Below, in pieces: positions 22,136 through 35,810 of a stretch of DNA of 64,000 nucleotides. Numbering within the stretch: position 1 is the stretch's first letter; each line of letters begins with the position of its first letter. Origin of the DNA: Felis catus (lineage: Eukaryota); assembly GCF_018350175.1 (NCBI RefSeq), contig NC_058368.1:125986001-126050000 (forward strand). Reading direction: 5' to 3'. The notes under the pieces were generated by a model that worked only from the letters and a program-made list of their open reading frames with translations, was not told the origin of the DNA and did not search any database. The position numbers were made by a program, and so were the translations under genes.

Positions 22136-23899
22136 TGAGAAACCAAGTGGTTGTAGATGTCCCAGATGGAAAATGGAAACAATTCAGAATTCATAAATGT
22201 GCTGGTTGTCAGGATGGAGATTGAAAGACATTCTGTCAGTGAACTCAGCTGCAGTCTCATGGCAAGTCTGAGGTTTCATGAGACATTCTTCAAAAAAATT
22301 ATCAGGTTATTCCTGAGGATACTGGAAACTGCTCATAAAATATTTCCCTAATGATTACAAAATGGCAAGTCCTTTCTAAGACTCAAAATAAACCAATGGC
22401 TTATGTCAGGAAATAGTTGTAAATTCTCTTGGGTCATCTATTTCCATTTTTCTCTTTATCCATGAAGTTGAATTGAGTCAGTCTTTGATTTCAGCTGAAG
22501 GCATTGCATTCCTGAACTCAAATAAAAGACAGCTAGTTCCAGTAAAAGCCATGGGAATGTTCAAGGTACATCTCAGATCCCAGCATCTCTGCCACCATTC
22601 CCCCAAAGGACTTTAATTCTGTAAGCTCAATAGCAACCTTCTGCAATAAAACAGAATTAAGATGCTCAAAAAAGGAAAAGATTCCTGACCTGATTCTTGT
22701 CTCTAATTATCCATTTTTCCCCTTAGAGATGAGCTTTGAGAGAGAGGGGTTATTGATCCTTACTTAGCAACCTGTCCTAGGTATCATTTTTCTTAACATT
22801 CCTTACTATAATTGTAACCAGCGTGAATGTTCAAACCAGACTCTACTGATAGCAGGATATAACCAAAAGGAAGTAAATGTAAATAAAGAGAAGTAACCCA
22901 GACAATATGAATTAGAAGACAAGGTTTTTAAATTTTCAACTTCAGGTCCATGAAGTGATTGATGCCCCCTTCCTTAACCTCGAGGCTTCCTCCTTGAAAC
23001 ACACCTAAAATTTTTGAAGTCTAGTCTTAGAAGGTCAAGATCTGGAAAGCTACAGGGGTTCCCTCCCCTACTTGGCTAAGATTTACTTCTTGGATACCAC
23101 CTGTGTAACTACCAACATCATGTTATTTTAATTTGTCTGTCTCTGGAGAAAAAAGGAATTTGTAAAAGAATAAGAAAGCCTTCAGGTGCCTATTTTGAAT
23201 TCTCATGCCAGCTCTATAAAATAAAAACTTCATTCTCTGTTCATTGCCTGCTACCCAGCCCCTAAAACAAACTAACAAAATTAGAACTAGTGGGGCAGTG
23301 AAAGGTCTGAACAACTGATTGCTCTCTGGGTGTTTATGTACTCCTTGACTGGTTGTAGATTTCTATTTGTTCATCAGCCGTGCCATGGTGGGTATCTCAT
23401 TCTAGATATTCAGAAAAGGAATAGGTTTTCCTGTATGCCCTGCTGAGTGCTTTCTTTTCTTCTTACCCTGGGGAGCTGAATGGGAGTTTTAGATGGTGGC
23501 CATAAAGGATAATAAGGACTCTAGCTTGGAATCAGGCCTATGACTTGTGTCTTCAAACATGACAAAAGAATAGTGACATTATTATGCATTACTGAGTTGA
23601 TTTTTCTCTGACCCTAGAACAAGTTGTTAACACTTCTTTGAGTATAGACAACCATGCCTTGAGGACTTCAGTTGGGGAAACAAATGGAAACAGTGGCTTG
23701 GTGGTGCTCTTTGGGTTCCAGGAGATGGAAGGGGCTTATAATATCCAGAAGACATGGTGGTATTAGGAGCAGTTGGCTAGAACAGAAGAAAGGCATGGTT
23801 CTTTCTACACACAGTAGATCCCAGAGGTTGACTGGACTTCTTCATTAGCCCAGGTGGAACATCCCTGAAATGTTCTGAGAGCTACTCTGAGGAAACACA

Positions 23900-24210
23900 T
23901 ATAGGAAGTTAGAGTTCTAAATAGCATACAAAGAGAGTAACCAGAAAAACACAGGTCATGCTCAGAAATATCTCTGCAATGGACTTGAGGAAGCAGAGGG
24001 ACTCATTAGGTGGTTGATGTAGTAATTAACATTAGAGAGATGTCAACCTCAATTAGGGCAATTACAAAAGGATTGAGTTAATAGGATATTTGTTAGTGCT
24101 ACTATTGAGTTAGAATGGACAGAAGTTGGTGATTGATTTGATATGGGGTGTGACTGAACAGATATGCTGAGGGAGAAGGCCTTCTGCTGTATGATTCCCA
24201 ACATCCAGCT
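23900..24210 (-). mobile_element. L2 fragment (tentative)
   Basis: Purine-rich L2-like motifs (GATTGATTTGATATGGGG..GAGGGAGAAGG..ATGATTCCC). Confidence 0.4.
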
Positions 24211-24659
24211 GAGATGTGATAGAGGAACACTGCCTTCCTCCCATGTTTAGCACCCTTGCAAGCCACATGCATCCTTGCTAGATTCTGAAACAGCATTCTC
24301 TGTATCCTTAAAACTCCTAGAGGTGGGGCTGCTTTTCTTCCACAAGCAAATGAGCTCTGCCTTTGGGATGGCATGGATTTTGTTTCTTGGGCAGAATATA
24401 AGAATCTTCAAGAGCCAGTTTTACTGCCAGTTTAAACTGAACTTCATATATCCATTCATTTTCATGACTTTTGTCTTTTCTCTCAAACATTAGCAACTAG
24501 ATACCTGACTTCAAAAACTAAATTCTATAATACCTTGTGAATCAGGGGCAAGTAATCCTCCTTACCTATACCAGAGTCTTGCTCTGGTTACCTAATTCCA
24601 ATCTCCCTAAGTCAACCATCTGCCTTCCTGGTTGTTTACCCATTTTCTGCCAATAGAGT

Positions 24660-24980
24660 CCCCACCTTGATTATCCACCCAGCTTCTGGGAGGTCTCCTG
24701 TAGCTTTTTATTTCACTCTTGCTGTTGCTAATCAACTGTATAATAGTGTTTAATCTTGTCATAGTCTCCTGATGCCATGCCATCTGTCACTTCTCTGTTT
24801 TTTAAGCCAATGCTTTGGTATTGGTGTCTCCTCAAGTATCTTCCCACCAGAAGGCTTTCTGATGTTGAGTGGGTCTTTCTTTATCCAATTTGATGTGATT
24901 AACCATCACTGATACTTCAGGAGGTCCTCAGGAACTCTCTTAAAGAATTGGCCATCTCAACTTCATCAGTTTCTATTTGA
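24660..24980 (-). mobile_element. Possible ancient RTE-clade LINE relic (post-RT region)
   Basis: Minus-strand translation in shifting frames gives EVEMANSLREFLR / KILEETPIPKHWLKKQRSDRWHGIRRL / RRPPRSWVDNQ, in the order of the RTE motifs EMxxLRRILR / QRRLRWxGHxxR / GRPxxRWxD. Confidence 0.3.
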
Positions 24981-25250
24981 GACATGACATCCTAAATCTG
25001 TATTTTCAGATATTGAGATGTCTTTAAAAATATATAAGCTAAACAGAATAAAATCTGATATTTTAAAATTATATTAAATACTGATCCTGAAAAAAATCAG
25101 CCACTTTGATTTGTAGCAGGATTTAGTAAACTACTTTTAAGACATCTGGGAAAAAATTATTTAAATCTGAGGATTAAATCTCACCTAATTGTGATTAGGT
25201 GACATCTCTTGACTCTTTAAGGAACTGAATTTAAATACATTAGAATTACA

Positions 25251-25430
25251 CCAGAGGTTCTTAACTGAGGCTGTAAGGTGGAATTTCCTGGGGAGCTTTA
25301 AAAAAATACCAATGCTTGTGTCATGCCATTAGAGATTCTGATTAATTACTCCAGGGTACATCCCAGGCATTGAAATTTTTAAAAGCTCTCCTGATGATTC
25401 TAGTTTGCAGCCAAATTTAAAAATCCCTGA
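25251..25430. mobile_element. MER5-type hAT-Charlie MITE
   Basis: CAGAGGTTCTTAAC..AGAGATTCTGATTAATT..AAAAGCTCTCCTGATGATTCTAGTTTGCAGCC..CCCTG. Confidence 0.8.
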
Positions 25431-25563
25431 ATTAAATTAATGGCATTTAATGGTAATGTTGAAAATATTAGATATTAATTTTATATGGGAGTTTGAAAAA
25501 CACAGAAAAACAAAAGAAAACTTCATCTACCACCCAGATAGCAACTTTTAATTTTTTGGTTTA

Positions 25564-25564
<1 letters not shown>

Positions 25565-25604
<40 letters not shown>
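25565..25604. repeat. (CA)n microsatellite
   Basis: About 20 perfect CA units. Confidence 0.98.
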
Positions 25605-25610
<6 letters not shown>

Positions 25611-26519
25611 TATATGGTATTTGAGATTACAAACACTAACAATGTTAAATCACATAAAAGTAATAAAAAGTGAGCTCAGCTGGTTGCTAGGCAGGTGGAC
25701 TACTAAGGAAAATTTTAATGGAAATGAAAATCTAATATGTAGAAGAATTTTATATGCCTGTTTGATTATTCCTCTGACCTTTTTCACTGAGTATAATCTC
25801 CAGTTGCAAGAGAGGCCCTGGCATTCAAAGAGGTTGAATCACTTCCGCATAGTGGTGCAGCTGTCATTCAGACAGTGGACATTCACTTTCCATACCACCT
25901 CACTTTGTCAGTTGTGGGTAGGAGGGAAGTACATGGATGGGATCATCCTGGTGTAGAACTTAATAGTCTATCTTTGAAGGACCAAAAACTTGATTGTTAC
26001 CTGCTCAATGCACATGAGACTCACAGGGAACAGACTCTTGTTAAGCATATTCACAAGTCAGCAATGTGTTAAAATGTCTATGTATTGCATAAAAACTGTT
26101 AAATAGACTAGGGTGTTGGTGTTGACTTTTTCTCCCTTGTAAAGAGTTGTAACAGATAGCCAAACTATTATAAAAATTTGGTGAATAAACTAGATAGTTT
26201 TGTGGATACTGTCATTAAGCCCCAGAGACCTTGATGCATTTGTCTCCATTGTAAAGAAATAACCACCATGAAATCATGATTGCCAATGTTGAGGTCCTAT
26301 AGTCTCTCTCTGAACACTGTGGGGTTACAAATTCCTGTGCATTTATTATCCCTCCTATGAGCTCCATGCAAAGCCCCTTCTGTTTATCTTTACACTTTTC
26401 TCGTTAGTTCTGTTAACGTCATTGTTTAGGCTATAGGTCCTTTCACTTCTATCAAATCTTGGTGAGATTTCTGGGAGCTACTCTTCCTGCTTTGTCTAAT
26501 GGGACATCCTGTTCCTTGA

Positions 26520-26690
26520 TCTGGTGTTGCTCAAATTGTATCACTTGTGACACCAGCATCACACTCATTTAAGGTGCTTGTTAAGAGCTGTAGAATCATG
26601 GGGTCTACCCCAGAAATACTAAATCAGAATCTCTGATTTGAGGGCCGAGAACCTAGATTTTAAAGAAATACATAGTTGATAGGCATACAA
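26520..26690. mobile_element. MER5A-like MITE
   Basis: ACCAGCATCAC..GCTTGTTAAGAG..CCCCAGAAATACTAAATCAGAATCTCTG. Confidence 0.65.
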
Positions 26691-29600
26691 ACCATAAGGG
26701 GACTTCTGTGGAGAGCTCATCTCACCTATCATGCGTTAGCTGTACTGGTTTCATTCTCAAGCAGTCATCTTATTTTCACAATCTTCGGTCCCTTTTAAAG
26801 TGGCTTTAAAAACAGAGTAGAGTAAGAAGTTAGTTCAAGTTAAAAATGAGATTGAATCTCATTTTTCAAGTATCAGTATACTTGATGCAATGGATAAAAT
26901 GAATCCATATTCTTCAGATAATTTCAGAAAATCATCTCATAACAAAATTAAATAGAGTAGTGTAATGCTTTACTGAGTTCTGAAAATAAAGGCCCAAAGA
27001 AAATAGAAAAATAAGGAGTTTGGGGCTGTATCTTTAACATGAAAAATAGAAGATTAAAAAAAAGATCACTTGGGGTTTGAGTGGTTTTAACATCTGGCTT
27101 GTGTCACAGCATGGTTGATTTGATTATCTCTGATATTTAATAGGGCTGCAAAAGCACAAAGGATCAAAAAATCATCATCTCTGAGGCCCTACAAAGACGA
27201 GGAGAGAGACAGCTCTATTCGAGGAAAGGGAATTAAGAGGGAAGAAAGAGGCCATCTCCTTCATGTTTGTGTAGGGCTATCTAGATGACCTAGACAGATG
27301 GTAAAATGACTCTGTGATTTTTCTCAGTCATAGGCTTAATGTACTTAGTCCCTAAAATCTTGTCTTGGAAGATGATAATGGGGCTACAGGTTGACCATCT
27401 CGAGAAACCAGAAAATAGCAAGTGGTATTTATTAGCTTGGATAAGAAAGAGTTGAGCTTTTCATTAACCTGAGCCTGGGATTACCTAAAAGATGTCTGCA
27501 CACAGGCTAATAGGCAGCTCTTTTCCATTGCTCTGGAGAAGAGTTGAAGAAGTCTTTATGTTACAGCAGGGCCTTGCTCTGCCTCCAAGAAAGTGTCTCC
27601 AGCTGGAGTGGGGAGTGAGAAGTTGCTAATAAGGAAACATTTCTCTGTGTCTCTCTAGAGATCTTTAGAAAGAGATCTGAAATCCCAGAAGAATAAACAA
27701 GTCATAGTTGATTTCCGTGTCTCTTTCTCCTTCTGCCTCATTCCCAGGTAACACAGGTGGGGAATGTCCTAGATCTCTCTGATTCCAAAAGCTTTTTTCT
27801 TTATTCTCCTCAACTTCCAGCTTGGTATGGCATTTCTCTTGGATCCTGTCACAGTACTGTCAACAAAACCAGTCAACACCCAGTGTGGTTCTACCAATGG
27901 TGATAGATGCATTATTTTATCATAAATTAGCAGAGAACAAAAGGCTCAAGTCTACAAGAAAGTAGGAGAATTTTAATTTTTTATTCTTAAGTTTTCCTCC
28001 TAATTCTAATTATTGTGAATTGAAAGCAAAACAGAAAATTCAGGTTCATTCTTGAATTGTAACATTTCAGGTACTTTTGGAGGCTCTGAGTTGTTGGGAT
28101 ATACTAAAAAGTAGTAAGCTGTGGTGAGAAATAGATCTAGATGGTTAAGAGTTTTTCTTTTTTTAAAGCATAGCAGAATATAGGCTAAGTGACTCCCTGT
28201 GTTTGCTTTTGTATATCAATTTCTCAACCTTCTCTTACAATATAAATGATTTGGGTTTTAAAGTATCTTAGCAGTTATTCAAGGGACTCTTAGAAAATAT
28301 TTCTGCTGCAGTCCCTGGACAAATTGAGACAGGGATGGGGGAATTTTTTGTGCTAAGGTAGGATGTTTAGGTCTAGGGTAATTTCTTAACTCCCAGATAG
28401 GCAATAACATCTTCAGTCTTTGTAATATCCCCTCTTCCCAAGTGGACAAATAAACCATCAGTTGGATGCTTCTCTGCAGTGCCCTTCGTCTTCAGTCTAG
28501 GTGACTGGAAGTACCACTGGGATGGGTGCATCAGTATTCTAGAATGCAAACTGAAACCGCCTGATGTTTACCCTATAGTTTCTACACTGTCACTATCACC
28601 TGCTACATGAGAACCTCTCTAGAATTTCTAAATAAATACCACCTATTTTACATCATCTTAGAAGTGAGGGTTGTTAATTCCTTGATTTATAGGAATATGT
28701 TAGGAGTCACTGCACCAGACCTGAGACCAGGTGCCTGAGTACTCAAATAGAGGAGTTAATTGCACTCTATTTAAAATAAAATGCAGTATGCTAGGTGACA
28801 TTGCCCCTCTTCATTCCTATGTATCTCAAACTTTCCTGGCCTACATTAACGCCTCCAGATGAACAACCCCAAGACTGCACCCAAATTTCAGGATATGTTG
28901 ATGATTAAAGAATGTTACCAAAAGCCAAATGGTAGCACAGTTCTTCTAGATGCTGTAAAGTAGGAAGATCTTTAGTTGAGCTTTGGAAATGGATGCTAAT
29001 GGATACTTTCTGCTTTGTTGGAGTAAGAAGCTCTTTAGTTGGTCCATTTTTGTTATTGACCTGTCAATTTAATCCATTGATAATTGTATTTAGTCATATA
29101 GGCAGTTGATACTGATTTAAATGAATTGACAGGTGGTTTTGAGGTCTTCAATATCTTACCTCTGAGGCTATTTACTCTGCATGTGTGTATAGATATGTCT
29201 ATGTTCTGTACCCACGAATGTGGCCCAGGGGAGAATCAGAGTGTTCACTGGAAGAGAAAGAATATGGCTTTGGGTAAATAAAGCTAGGGCCAGTGCAAAC
29301 ACAGCAGGTCAAATGCAATCCTATGTGACTTTTTTTTTTTCAAGTTTAAAAGTCACCAGACTTGTTTTCAAATGAAAAGACTGATTCTTACTTAAATAAC
29401 CAGATAGATATTTGAATTTCCTGTCTATATTCCTAAGAGCACCTATTTGTAACAATATTAAAAGCATTGCTTTAAATGACAGCATGTCCTCAAACATTTC
29501 CTATGTTGGGCAGGTGAAGATATATTCAAGTATATCTGTAACTAAGACATATTCACATTCTTACCTTCATCAGAAACTGCATAAAAAAATAAGTTGTTAA

Positions 29601-30054
29601 CATTTAGTACCATGGAGGACATTGCAGTGCTTATGTAGTGGTTTGGCTTCAAAGAAATTTCAAAGTAATGCCCAGTGGTTGTGTCTGCAAAGAGGGAGGG
29701 AAATACACTCAGAGAGAGGGACAGAGGGGAGCAATAATGATGGTAATGTTTCATCCCTTATCTGAATTTCACAGTAGTGAAATATTTACGGTAGTTCATT
29801 ATATTACTTGACATTACTTTGTATATCTAGAATGGTTAATGACAATGGGTGAAGTATTTCACAGCCTGCTAACAATTTATGCCCTTATGTATAAGAGAAA
29901 CAAGTCCAAGATATACTGTATTTGAGCTCTTTTTAAAAATGATTATCAAACTCTCAGTTTCCTCCACCTATTTACTCTTTCTCAAAGGGAGATCTACCAG
30001 AAAGCTTGCAGATTGCTATAAGTTATTGAGCCTTGGAGAAAAGTAGTGAAGTAA

Positions 30055-30137
30055 TTCCTTTCCTTTCCTTTCCTTTCCTTTCCTTTCCTTTCCTTTCCTT
30101 TCCTTTCCTTTCCTTTCCTTTCCTTTCCTTTCTTTTC

Positions 30138-30168
<31 letters not shown>

Positions 30169-30211
30169 CTTTTCTTTCTTTTCTTTTCTTTTCTTTTCTC
30201 TTTTCTTTTCT

Positions 30212-30253
<42 letters not shown>
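30055..30253. repeat. Compound polypyrimidine microsatellite (TTTCC)n-(TTTTC)n-(TTTC)n
   Basis: About 200 bp containing only C and T on the + strand. Confidence 0.98.
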
Positions 30254-30254
<1 letters not shown>

Positions 30255-30318
30255 ATTTATTTGTGAACTTACAGCTTCCATGAAAATAAATTGAAACTCT
30301 TCAGAGTATTTAAAAAAA

Positions 30319-30423
30319 ATTTTTTTTTAATGTTTGTTTATTTTTGATAGAGAAACCGAGTGTGAGTGGGGGAGGGGCAGAGAGAGAGAGGGAGACACAA
30401 ATCGAAAGCAGACTCCAGGCTCT
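30319..30423 (-). mobile_element. 5'-truncated Can-SINE
   Basis: T tail, GGGGGAGGGGCAGAGAGAGAG, ..GCAGACTCCAGGCTCT, then an abrupt end. Confidence 0.9.
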
Positions 30424-32144
30424 ACAAATTGTAGTAGGCAATTTGGAATAAGAGAAAATCACTTGAGAACAAAAAAATGTTTGAGTGTAACAGGGAAGAC
30501 TGAGCTGTGATGTCTTACTTGCTGCTACAAACTGTATCTCCCTATATCTACATAATGTATTCACATCAACAAATTAGCAAATTCCTCTTGCTCCTCTCCT
30601 ACCTCCTCAAACCTCCCCATCCTTCTGCCAAGCATTAAGCATTTTTTTCTCTTTTCCACGTTTCTACAAGGGTATTCCTCTTATTGATTAATGACTGGTC
30701 CTCACCCCATTTCATTCACTCGTGCTCCCTGATGGCTGTTAGGATTAAGCCTGAGGAATGTCAGGGAAGTGGGAGGGAAAAGTATTCAGATAATACTTTA
30801 ATTTGCATTCTTTTTCAACAGAGGAGAGTTTACAAAGCATTTATCCCATTACAGATACCAGTTTGCTATTTATATAGGAATCCTGAGAGCAAGATGGTAT
30901 CGCTCAGAGGTTGGTCCTATCATTTCAGGAGTAACTACCACTTCTGAAATCACAGGCCCCAAGAACAATGACCAAGGTCACCCTCTACAGCTTAGCTGTG
31001 CTTTTGTTTGAGAAGAGATAGCTCTTCAATGCTGAGAAACCTAGCTTCCAGGAACTCCAGGCCTCAGCTCAGCCACTGTCTTTCACGTAGCTTTGCAGAG
31101 AACAATTGTGTGAAGCACAGTGACCTCAGAAGCCCAAAGCCTTGCAGGCTATTTATGAATGCAGTGTGCTCAAAAAATGGGCTCAGGATGAGGAAACCCT
31201 ATCAAAGCCCAATTTAGCTCCCACTCTGCCTCTGTGGCCATCCTATGAGAAAACAAGTATAAATATAGCAATAACCAGTTCAAAGGTAGAAGACCATTTG
31301 CATGTTGGGCTTTTTGAGAACAAAAATGAGATCTCTGGAGAAATTTTAGCTAGACCAGTAGATTTGGGGTGAGGGGGCATGTGTTGCTGAGTTAGATAAT
31401 CAAGGTTTTTTTAATGGCTTTTGTATGCTGAAGGTGGAAATCTAGCCAATGAATTCTCGCTGTATGTAAGAAAACATTTCATGTTCAAAATGAGACTAAA
31501 TACTATTGTTCATCTCTGAAACATGATGGCCTCCATTGCTCTTTCTAGAGCAATCTAAATAGATGAAATAGTCTCTTTCCTGGTGGTTCAACCATTTTGG
31601 GTTAATGCAACTTAACATCTTGTTTGTGGGAATTAAGCCTGGCTTGAAAATGTCCTCAGCAGACTGCCGTATAATTTACTTAATATGACACATCCATGTT
31701 AGTAATAATGATGAAGGAGGCTGATCCCTCTCCCTTACCTAGTGAAAAGAGAACAAGAGCCCCTGCTAATGCAAAATGGTACAAGACTCTAGCTTCACTG
31801 GTTTGAAACTTTCCACAGTAATTTTTGTTTCTTTATAGACTGTTTTTTTCTTTCTTTTTTTTTTTTTTGGAATGTTCTGTGCTGCTTAAGATCTACAGTC
31901 TTTTCATGAAATGACACATGCTTAAGTTGAGGCGAGTGCTAATTTAATCTAAGTGTCCAGAAACACATGTATTGTGCACAATGACTGGCCCATTAGGGGG
32001 AAGACAGTGGTGCTAAGTAGTGGTGGCAGGCTGTGAGAACAGACAAGATAAAGATGGGGATGCTGAGACTGGAAAACACTACAACTGTATTGAAAAGCAT
32101 CACAGCCACATGAAGCAGGAGACCCAAAGAAAGTCCAGTGTTCA

Positions 32145-32371
32145 GGGGCGCCTGGGTGGCGCAGTCGGTTGAGCGTCCGACTTCAGCCAGGTCACGATCT
32201 CGCGGTCCGTGAGTTCGAGCCCCGCGTCGGGCTCTGGGCTGATGGCTCAGAGCCTGGAGCCTGTTTCCGATTCTGTGTCTCCCTCTCTCTCTGCCCCTCC
32301 CCCGTTCATGCTCTGTCTCTCTCTGTCCGAAAAATAAATAAACGTTGAAAAAAAAAATTAAAAAAAAAAAA
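32145..32371 (+). mobile_element. Young SINEC_Fc-type SINE
   Basis: CpG-rich, long A tail; perfect TSD AAAGAAAGTCCAGTGTT at 32126-32142 and 32372-32388. Confidence 0.98.
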
Positions 32372-33480
32372 AAAGAAAGTCCAGTGTTGAGTCAATAATT
32401 CTTTAGGAGCTTCTCCCAAATAAATAATCAATACCCACCCCCCAAAACTAAGTACAAAATTGTTCATTGCAACATGATCTGTAATGACCAACACTGAAGT
32501 CCCCAAAGAATAGAAACAAAATCCCTATGACAATGTGAATATTGGGTATCTCAGTCTGGCCATGGGTATAATGATCCATACATATATTTAATTTCAAAAT
32601 TATATAGAGATACCAGTTTGCAAAGGAGAGTCACGTGCTAGCTGTTGAAAGGCATTTGTCAAGATGGCACAAATAATCTTGATATGACTTTCTAGAAACT
32701 TTTCTGTATCAAAACACAACTTTTTTCCATCTTGAAATACTCTGAAAGTATATAGGATAAACTTTATAGATTTTCTTATATTTAAAAAGATGTATTTTTC
32801 ATCTGTACTAGTTACAGAATCATTTGCTTATCATTTGTAACCATAACAGGCCTTACCTTTCTCCTTCTCAATCTCTACTACAGATATGGAGTCCATACCC
32901 AGGACAATGGGGCCATTTGTGAAACAGTAGAGTTCATAATACAACAATGGTTCCTTAAAAACAAAGCTTTGTAAATGGTGTGGAGGAAATTACATCATTT
33001 TTAGACCTAACTAGAGTCTTAATGTTTCATAGATTATATGAGCCCATGTCATCTGGCTTGACAGAATGCATACAGTCATTAAGTAATCTTCAGAACAGGG
33101 GTTAGAATTAAGCTTTTAAATTCAAAGAGGAGAAGAAAAAAAAAAAGAAAATAACCTTTTAACCCTTTTATTTTACATAATTAATGGTATTAAAAGTGAT
33201 TAATGACAATGGCTCACTGCTTATCTGAGAATATTATCTGCCTGTTACTTTAAAGAATTTGAAATGCATGAGTTTTTTTCAGTCAAGGAGAGAATTCAGA
33301 ACTGTTAAACAGAAAATATAAAAAGCAATTTTATGAAATCATTTTTTACCTAAGGGAATGTATTTCATGATCTATTCAAGATACTGTTGAGTTGATATGT
33401 CTGAACTTCATAAAGGAACGTGAATTCCAGGGGAAAATGGTATTTGGGGAAGGAAAGCGCTTCATTTAAAAGGCATTCAC

Positions 33481-33690
33481 AGGTGCCTGGGTGCCTCATT
33501 CAGTTAAATGTCCAACTTTGGCTCGGGTCTTGATTTCCCCGTCCGAGGGTTCAAGCCCCAAGTCGAGCTCTGTGCTGACAGATCAGAGCCTGCAACCTGC
33601 TTCAGATTTTGCATCTCCCTCTCTTGTTGCCCCTCCCACCTTGTGCTGTGTTTCTCTTTCTCTCACAAAAATAAACATTAAAAAAATTTC
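33481..33690 (+). mobile_element. Can-SINE (diverged)
   Basis: GGTGCCTGGGTGCCTCATTCAGTTAA head, CTGTGCTGACAG body, AAAAATAAACATTAAAA tail. Confidence 0.9.
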
Positions 33691-34609
33691 AAAAGTAATA
33701 AAATTTTTAAAAAGTGTTGAAATAGATGTTCAAAAACCGTCTTCCTTTTGGGAATAGTGAAGAACAGCTTATATAACTAGGGCCACGGATGGATATGAAA
33801 TATGAATGTATATAGAGAGAGGTGCAAACACAGAGGTTTATAGACCTGTATGGCAGGACAGTGTCCATCTACAGACTGAAGAAGTCACCCAGTAACCTTC
33901 TAGAATCCGATATGTAAGAAGAGTATTCTGTTCTGCAGTAGTCTCAGTGAATGCTTAGGATTTTAATACCACAGCTCATATCTGCAAACAAAAAATGAAA
34001 TGTGAAACTCACCAGTCTGCGTTCTACCAAGAGTTTCATTATAAAGTTCCCTAATCCAGCAGCTTAATTAGGAGCTCAATCTTGATAGCAAATGTCAGGA
34101 TATGTCAATATGGGATGAATCTGGTATGTGATATAAGAGCATAGTTTAGAAATTCTACATCAGACATGATCACCAGACCTGGTGACTCTGAAGGCAGTTG
34201 TGACATAAAGCTTATTTCAAAACAATGAATAGGGTTGTACACTTAAGTATAATCAAGATCCTACATAAATATTTTATCACTGTTTATGTTCATCTAAGTC
34301 TACAGCTGCCTGAAACATCTCAAAAGGAGAGCTTTGTTTATTTCCCAATTTTGATTTCAGATTACATTTCAGACTGTATTTAGGGAAGATGTGTTACCAA
34401 GTATGCATTGGTGCATACACATAGATCTCCATGGTTAAACAGAGGTACAGCACCATTCATCTCTAGATTCTTGTTATTACTCTTAGCGCAATGACTTGCT
34501 TAAAAAATGTAAATGTTTCCCTTATATATTACTCCATTAATGTCATTAAAAATGATTTTTATTTTACTGTCAGAGAGCATGCTGTTTATTTCTAGTTACA
34601 GTTTTGCAT

Positions 34610-34850
34610 AGCACATAGTGGAAAGCATTGAACCGAAATGCAGATATAGCTAATTTCAGTTTCTGCTTCTTTTCATTATCTGGATGATCTCCAGGGCGGT
34701 CATAACAATTTTAGAGACTCTACTTCCTCCACTGGAAGACAAGAAGGAAAAACTCGCTTATTTCATAGGACTGTTGTCAGGACTGATTGAGATATGTGAA
34801 TGCTTCGTATAAAAGGTACAACACATACCAGCGTGTGTCTTAATAAAGTT
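34610..34850 (+). mobile_element. MIR SINE (degenerate)
   Basis: GCACATAGTGGAAAGCA..TTCATAGGACTGTTGTCAGGACTGATTGAGA. Confidence 0.55.
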
Positions 34851-35810
34851 TAAAAATCATGTCACCTTCCAACATTCTATCTTTATCACTTTTCTCACAT
34901 TTGTATCTACAGGACGTTTTCCTTTTTCAGCCAGGAAGAAACACTAGGATTTAGTCAGGGTAGAGACTATTCAACAGGGATTTCTCAGAATGAGTATTAC
35001 AGCTTTTGAAAGACATTTCTCATTATGTTGAAAGCTTTAATTTTGCAGAGAAAATCATGTTTTGCCAACCAAGGAAACATGTAGTCTATTATGTGCAAAC
35101 AATATAAAAATTATTGTTTGCAAGTCTTTTTGTATCTAATTCGAGGATTGCCAAGGAACTAGAAAGAAGAAAATGAGATACATGAGAAAGCTCCAAGCTT
35201 ATGCTTTACCTCAACCCACCCACACTGCAAGCACCAAAGTTTGAAGTTGGTTTCTAAATTAAGAATACAGTTTCCTAGAGGTTCTATATTTGGGAGAAGG
35301 AGATTTCCCTTGTCTAGAAATACACCCTTTCCGGTGTGGTCTGCAGAGAGCCAGATGGGTGTTTTCGTCCAACCAAGTAAACAACCTCAACTTTTTTGCT
35401 CTTATCTTAAATTTGAATTGAGATCAGTAGGTTTGGAAAAATATCTGGTAATTTGACGTGAGCCGGAATTCTTCCAGCGCTGTATTTGGAGAATAAGGCC
35501 CCACCTCTTTTCTGCTTTCATCACTTTGTTCTTTCTTTCATTATGGCAAGGCTGTATTGGAAATAGCGTTCTTTATACCTGAAACTCACTAAGAGAGACT
35601 TTATGTTTCATCTCAAAGTCTCCTGGGCTTAGCATGAGTTTGATAGCAGGTGTCTATCTGTCCAGTAAGAAATTGTTGAAGGGGTGAATAAATAAATTGG
35701 ATAAGTATGTGTATGTGAATGTGAATTTATATTCAAAGACTGTGTAAAATGAATTTATCAGATCAAAACACATGTTTACCCAAATTGTTGAATCACTTCA
35801 GTCCAGTGGT

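Noticed and set aside
26842..26866. Short perfect hairpins (AAAAATGAGATT-G-AATCTCATTTTT; also ~25181-25202, ~40266-40290, ~44118-44141)
   Set aside because: Stems of 9-12 bp are too short for pre-miRNA and can arise by chance or quasi-palindrome correction in AT-rich DNA.
29994..30281. Lys/Arg/Glu-rich 95-aa ORF and its Phe/Ser-rich antisense ORF
   Set aside because: Translation of the compound microsatellite, not a gene.
34885..34965. Polypyrimidine+AG acceptor-like sites (also ~22727, ~27748, ~36174)
   Set aside because: No paired donor with a recognisable coding frame; such motifs are common by chance.
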